A stretch of DNA of 62,913 bases, counting the filler, from Globobulimina sp. (Eukaryota): assembly GCA_003354225.1 (NCBI GenBank). It is 33 parts of 33 records of this genome, joined end to end, with 100 filler letters (N's around TTAATTAATTAA, not from the genome) between each part and the next. Parts side by side here need not be neighbours in the genome. Positions count along the whole stretch, not along the records: positions 59,197 to 61,005 come from PIVH01011699.1; positions 61,106 to 62,913 come from PIVH01011700.1; 31 more parts are not named here. One strand, given 5' to 3'. The translations under genes were made by a program, and so were the position numbers. The notes under the pieces were generated by a model, which was not told where the DNA came from, ran no database searches, and saw nothing but the letters and a program-made list of their open reading frames with translations. Positions 59,197 through 62,913 of the stretch are shown in pieces. The stretch's first letter is position 1. The number at the start of each line of letters is the position of its first letter.

Positions 59197-60060
59197 TGGT
59201 TGCAGCGCCACCAAACTGGGCGTCGTTTGCATTGCAGCCGTGCTGGATGGCTGGTACCCACTGCCTTGGTGTTTCTCTGTCGATTTGAACACATTCCAAA
59301 TGCGATCTGGATCTGAATCATTGAGACTCGGATAAATAAAGTGCCAAACTGACTGTACAAGACCGAAACAGGCAGTGGTAATCAAGAAAAATTGCATCCA
59401 GCTCGGATTGCGCATATATAAAAATATCAGCCAATCATATAGTTCTTCCGTTGTTTTTCCAATCCATGTTTTATTTTGTTTGTAGTATTCACTGTATTTC
59501 ATTTCTTCTGTTTCTGCATCTTCATTTTGCTCGTTTTCTTGGTCTGTTTCGGAGTTTTGTTGCGTTTCATACACTTTTTTGCCCCAACTATAATATGAAT
59601 ACTTTGCATTGGCAGCGGTTCTTTTTGCTGCTTTAAATTTGGATGCTTGTTTATGTAATAATTTCTCCGATAGACTAGTTTTTTTCGTGTTGTCTTTGTG
59701 ATTTATGATGGTTTCATACGCATCGCGTATTAATAAGAATTTTTTTTGTGCTTCTTGCTGTTGGCTGATTGGTTGCGATACATATAAGTCGGGATGCCAT
59801 TGTTTGATTAGATTGTTGTATGCTTTCTTAATATCATCAATCGGTGCATTTTCATCTATATTTAATGTGCTGTAATGGTGAGGCAATGGGGATGATGGTG
59901 AGACGTCGTTGGGTTTGGATGCAAAGTGTCTGTTTGATAGATAATGCATTTTGCAATTATATCGAGATGATGCTTTGATGAGATTGTGGTGAAAGTTCTG
60001 GAAATATCCAGTGTGTTTAGAGACGATGTGAGTGATACGACGGTTAGAAAGTGATGACAT
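59197..60060 (-). CDS. DnaJ-domain protein with mitochondrial-type presequence and TM (3'-partial)
   Basis: HYSTLNI..IKKAY..WHPD..KF..I.DAYE. Confidence 0.88.
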
Positions 60061-60108
60061 TGCGAAAATACTTGAGCCAGTATACGTAGGGTTTTCAATC
60101 AATCAATA

Positions 60109-60846
60109 ATGGCTAAGATAGGTGATGTAGCTTTGATAGTAGGACATAGATTGGCTATTGTACGATTTATAGGAACTGTTGAATTTACATCTGGCAAATG
60201 GATTGGTGTTGAATTAATGGAAGAGAGTGACGAACGATATGGATGTAACGGATCGCATAACAACAAAAAATATTTTCAAACAATGTATGAAAAAAATGGA
60301 TTATTTCTGAAAGATAATAATATAATAAAGATTATATCGGCTGAGGAACTGCTTCAAAAAGTTGCCGAATTATATCAAACATTATTGAAATGCCAATGCA
60401 ATACGTCTTCATCAGAAAGAGACGATGACTGTTTATCAGATAGTGCAGGTTCTGGTGGTTCTGTGGGAGATATAGTGGATGCAAATTATCAGCATATAAA
60501 CAAAAGATATTGTATGTTAGTTACTGGATATACTAAGATGTGTTCATCAGCATTTATTTCTGATCATGCGACAAAATTGATATTATGTTATTATGCTAAA
60601 CCCATTGTTATGCGAATAAATTGCAATGCTTTTATAACTGAAATTTTGTATTGTCCGGTAAGTGATGGATGGGTATCGATATTAAGCAAAATACAGCAAA
60701 AATTCCAACAATATAAGTATTACAATTCATGTGTTGAGTATTTAGAATATGATGGAAATACTGTTAATGAGTACAATTTTGATAACTTCGAATGGAATGA
60801 AAAACAATGTTTTGTTGCAGTGTGCTATCACCAAATGCATCATTGA
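60109..60846 (+). CDS. CAP-Gly domain protein
   Basis: IGD....VRFIGTVEFTSGKWIGVEL...GCNGS..KKYF...NGLF. Confidence 0.85.
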   Translation: MAKIGDVALIVGHRLAIVRFIGTVEFTSGKWIGVELMEESDERYGCNGSHNNKKYFQTMYEKNGLFLKDNNIIKIISAEELLQKVAELYQTLLKCQCNTSSSERDDDCLSDSAGSGGSVGDIVDANYQHINKRYCMLVTGYTKMCSSAFISDHATKLILCYYAKPIVMRINCNAFITEILYCPVSDGWVSILSKIQQKFQQYKYYNSCVEYLEYDGNTVNEYNFDNFEWNEKQCFVAVCYHQMHH

Positions 60847-61105
60847 ATATCATCGCACTGACAATAATTCAAGTTTTTGATGAAAAAGTAGATTGCATAA
60901 ATTAATACCTTATACGAAATTTTGGTGATAATTATGGAAAAGAGATCTTTTGAGAGAATTCCCACAAGTATAAAAGTAGCTTTTAATTGCTGCAATACAG
61001 AGTTCNNNNNNNNNNNNNNNNNNNNNNNNNNNNNNNNNNNNNNNNNNNNTTAATTAATTAANNNNNNNNNNNNNNNNNNNNNNNNNNNNNNNNNNNNNNN
61101 NNNNN

Positions 61106-62464
61106 ATGGGAACTTATGTAGAAACATATGTAGGACCACATCAAGAAGCATCAAGAACTTTAGATTGGGCGAATGAAAATGATGAATTAGAAATGATTTT
61201 TCCAACATCCGATTCCGAATCACTTTATGCGTATGATATGGCAACTCAAACATATACATTACATGGACCATATACCGGAACAGGAGATATAACCGTTCGT
61301 GGTATGTCAATGTTCTATGATAGTTGTGATAATTTATGTCCAACTGTTGATGATGTATGTAAATTTGGTTTATATGATTATAGTGCCCCAACTGATACTG
61401 ATATATTAGATGGAGATTGGGCGTTATTAACTTTAGATGATTTTAAAGATATGGAAACTCAATTTACTAATTATTATAATAGTAATGGAGGTTTAAAAAT
61501 CATTAAAGAATGGACTTTATCAAATTGTTGTATTAAATTAGATTTCCCAACATCAAATACATTTTTACATAAAGATGATAGTTATTTATACCCAGCAATA
61601 TCACCAAGCTCAATTCAATGTGTAGCAAATATGGCTCTCAATCAAGATTATATCTTTTTTGAAGCTGTAAATGGTATTTATGATATTACAATGTCTCCTT
61701 CTGACTGGACTACCGGTGACATTTGTGGTGATGGTAATAATCCAGGAATATATGCGACATCACAATGTTTTGACCCATACCCAAATTGTAATACTTGTTA
61801 TTTAGATTTAATTGGAGATGGAAATTGTAATACAGCAACTAATAATGAAGATTGTGGTTATGATGGTGGAGATTGTTGTGAAACAACTTGTGTAGGTGAT
61901 GATTGTGGTAATTGGGAATATCAATGTATTGACCCAACAGTTCCATATCCAAATTGTGATGCTAATTTAGATTTAATTGGAGATGGTTTATGTCACGCAT
62001 CTACAAATAATCATGATTGTGGTTATGATGGTGGAGATTGTTGTGAAACATCTTGTGTAGGAAATGATTGTGGTAATTGGGGATATCAATGTAAAGACCC
62101 TAGTGAAACATCATATCCGGATTGCACAGCTAATTTAAATTTAATTGGAGATGGTAAATGTCACGGTTCAACCAACAATGAAGATTGTGGTTATGATGGT
62201 GGAGATTGTTGTGAAGGAACTTGTGTAGGAAATGATTGTGGTATTTGGGGTTATTCATGTGTAGACCCAAGTAATTCTAATAATATTCCTAATACAGAAT
62301 CAATTGAATCTTCTGAGGATGAAGATTTATCTGGTGGAGAAATATTTTTAATTGTATTAGCAAGCATGATTGGAGGAGGATTATTAGTTGGCGGAATATT
62401 TATGTATCGTAAAAAATTCATGAATAGAGGTCATATTGAAGAAGAACCAGAACAAATCGTTTAA
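61106..62464 (+). CDS. Type I membrane protein with three LNR (Notch)-like repeats (5'-partial)
   Basis: Three copies of YPxC...LIGDGxC...NNxDCGYDGGDCC; C-terminal TM; no introns. Confidence 0.85.
   Translation: MGTYVETYVGPHQEASRTLDWANENDELEMIFPTSDSESLYAYDMATQTYTLHGPYTGTGDITVRGMSMFYDSCDNLCPTVDDVCKFGLYDYSAPTDTDILDGDWALLTLDDFKDMETQFTNYYNSNGGLKIIKEWTLSNCCIKLDFPTSNTFLHKDDSYLYPAISPSSIQCVANMALNQDYIFFEAVNGIYDITMSPSDWTTGDICGDGNNPGIYATSQCFDPYPNCNTCYLDLIGDGNCNTATNNEDCGYDGGDCCETTCVGDDCGNWEYQCIDPTVPYPNCDANLDLIGDGLCHASTNNHDCGYDGGDCCETSCVGNDCGNWGYQCKDPSETSYPDCTANLNLIGDGKCHGSTNNEDCGYDGGDCCEGTCVGNDCGIWGYSCVDPSNSNNIPNTESIESSEDEDLSGGEIFLIVLASMIGGGLLVGGIFMYRKKFMNRGHIEEEPEQIV
61772..62270 (+). repeat. Three ~170-nt coding tandem repeats
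   Basis: GATTGTGGTTATGATGGTGGAGATTGTTGTGAA is present identically three times. Confidence 0.9.
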
Positions 62465-62524
62465 ATAAAATTATTTATTTACAAAATTATAAATTATTTT
62501 TTATATTATATTATATTATATAAA

Positions 62525-62913
62525 ATGATTAAAGGATTCATCGTAAGTTTTTTAGTATTTATAAGTAATGGTATTATAGTTCCAAAATACTATAAATATC
62601 CAGTACAAGAAGATTATATTCCGATAATTGGCTTTCATCAAATTATTGGTGATGTTAATGAACCAGCGATAACTTCAATTGAAGAATTTAAAAGACAAGC
62701 AGAATATATGACGAATGTAATGGAATGTAATTGGATTACAATGGAACGATTGTCTTATTATATTATAAATAATGAAAAAACCCCAACAAACGCATGTGTT
62801 ATGACTTTTGATGATGGACATTATTCACAATATCATAATGCTTTATGTGTATTAAATGAATATAAAATACCAGCAACTTTTTATTTAAATCCAGCATTTG
62901 TTTTAAATGAAGG
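62525..62913 (+). CDS. Polysaccharide deacetylase (CE4/NodB, IcaB/PgaB-like), 3'-partial; absent from the supplied ORF track
   Basis: Manual translation gives MIKGFIVSFLVF...IPIIGFHQI...EEFKRQAEYM...CVMTFDDGHYSQYHNAL.VL.EYKIPATFYL. Confidence 0.88.
   Translation, partial: MIKGFIVSFLVFISNGIIVPKYYKYPVQEDYIPIIGFHQIIGDVNEPAITSIEEFKRQAEYMTNVMECNWITMERLSYYIINNEKTPTNACVMTFDDGHYSQYHNALCVLNEYKIPATFYLNPAFVLNE

Larger units (their letters stand above)
1812..61105. other. 32 artificial 100-nt contig spacers (N44-TTAATTAATTAA-N44); first 1812-1911, last 61006-61105, period ~1910 nt
   Basis: The same linker with stops in all six frames recurs every 1909-1911 nt. Contigs are sorted by length, and composition changes abruptly across spacers. 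Confidence 0.99.

Noticed and set aside
1812-61105. Regularly spaced TTAATTAATTAA as a CRISPR-like or biological repeat
   Set aside because: It is embedded in N runs at a fixed period and is an artificial concatenation linker.

Overview
This is not one locus. It is 33 unrelated contigs of about 1.81 kb each, joined by 32 identical 100-nt spacers (44 N + TTAATTAATTAA + 44 N), so nothing can be inferred from adjacency across a spacer. Most contigs come from an AT-rich, intron-containing protist; a foraminiferan/Rhizarian is my inference from gene families and intron style. They carry mostly partial genes: SYLF protein, serine carboxypeptidase S10, ammonium transporter, CDPK, PGM3, two VAMPs, DUF218, two non-LTR reverse transcriptases, RCC1/BTB, LRR, BTB-BACK-PHR, MORN/RSPH10B-like, metallophosphoesterase, PH, START-SAM, cystatin, DnaJ and CAP-Gly. 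Several of these are pseudogenised. At least two contigs are prokaryotic: a complete IS1182 element, and a phage or plasmid replication region with a likely antisense RNA. The last contig looks giant-virus-like, and one contig is a single orphan ORF. The strongest non-obvious signals are (i) a minimal Penelope-type hammerhead ribozyme motif at 33362-33401, (ii) an Amt transporter fused to an ~275-aa secreted Cys-rich ectodomain, (iii) an Orai-like channel, (iv) templated-insertion scars at gene lesions, (v) frequent GTT intron donors, and (vi) a candidate counter-transcribed RNA and iterons at the phage rep gene. No CRISPR array, rRNA or tRNA was seen. All family calls are from motif recognition by eye; no database was searched.
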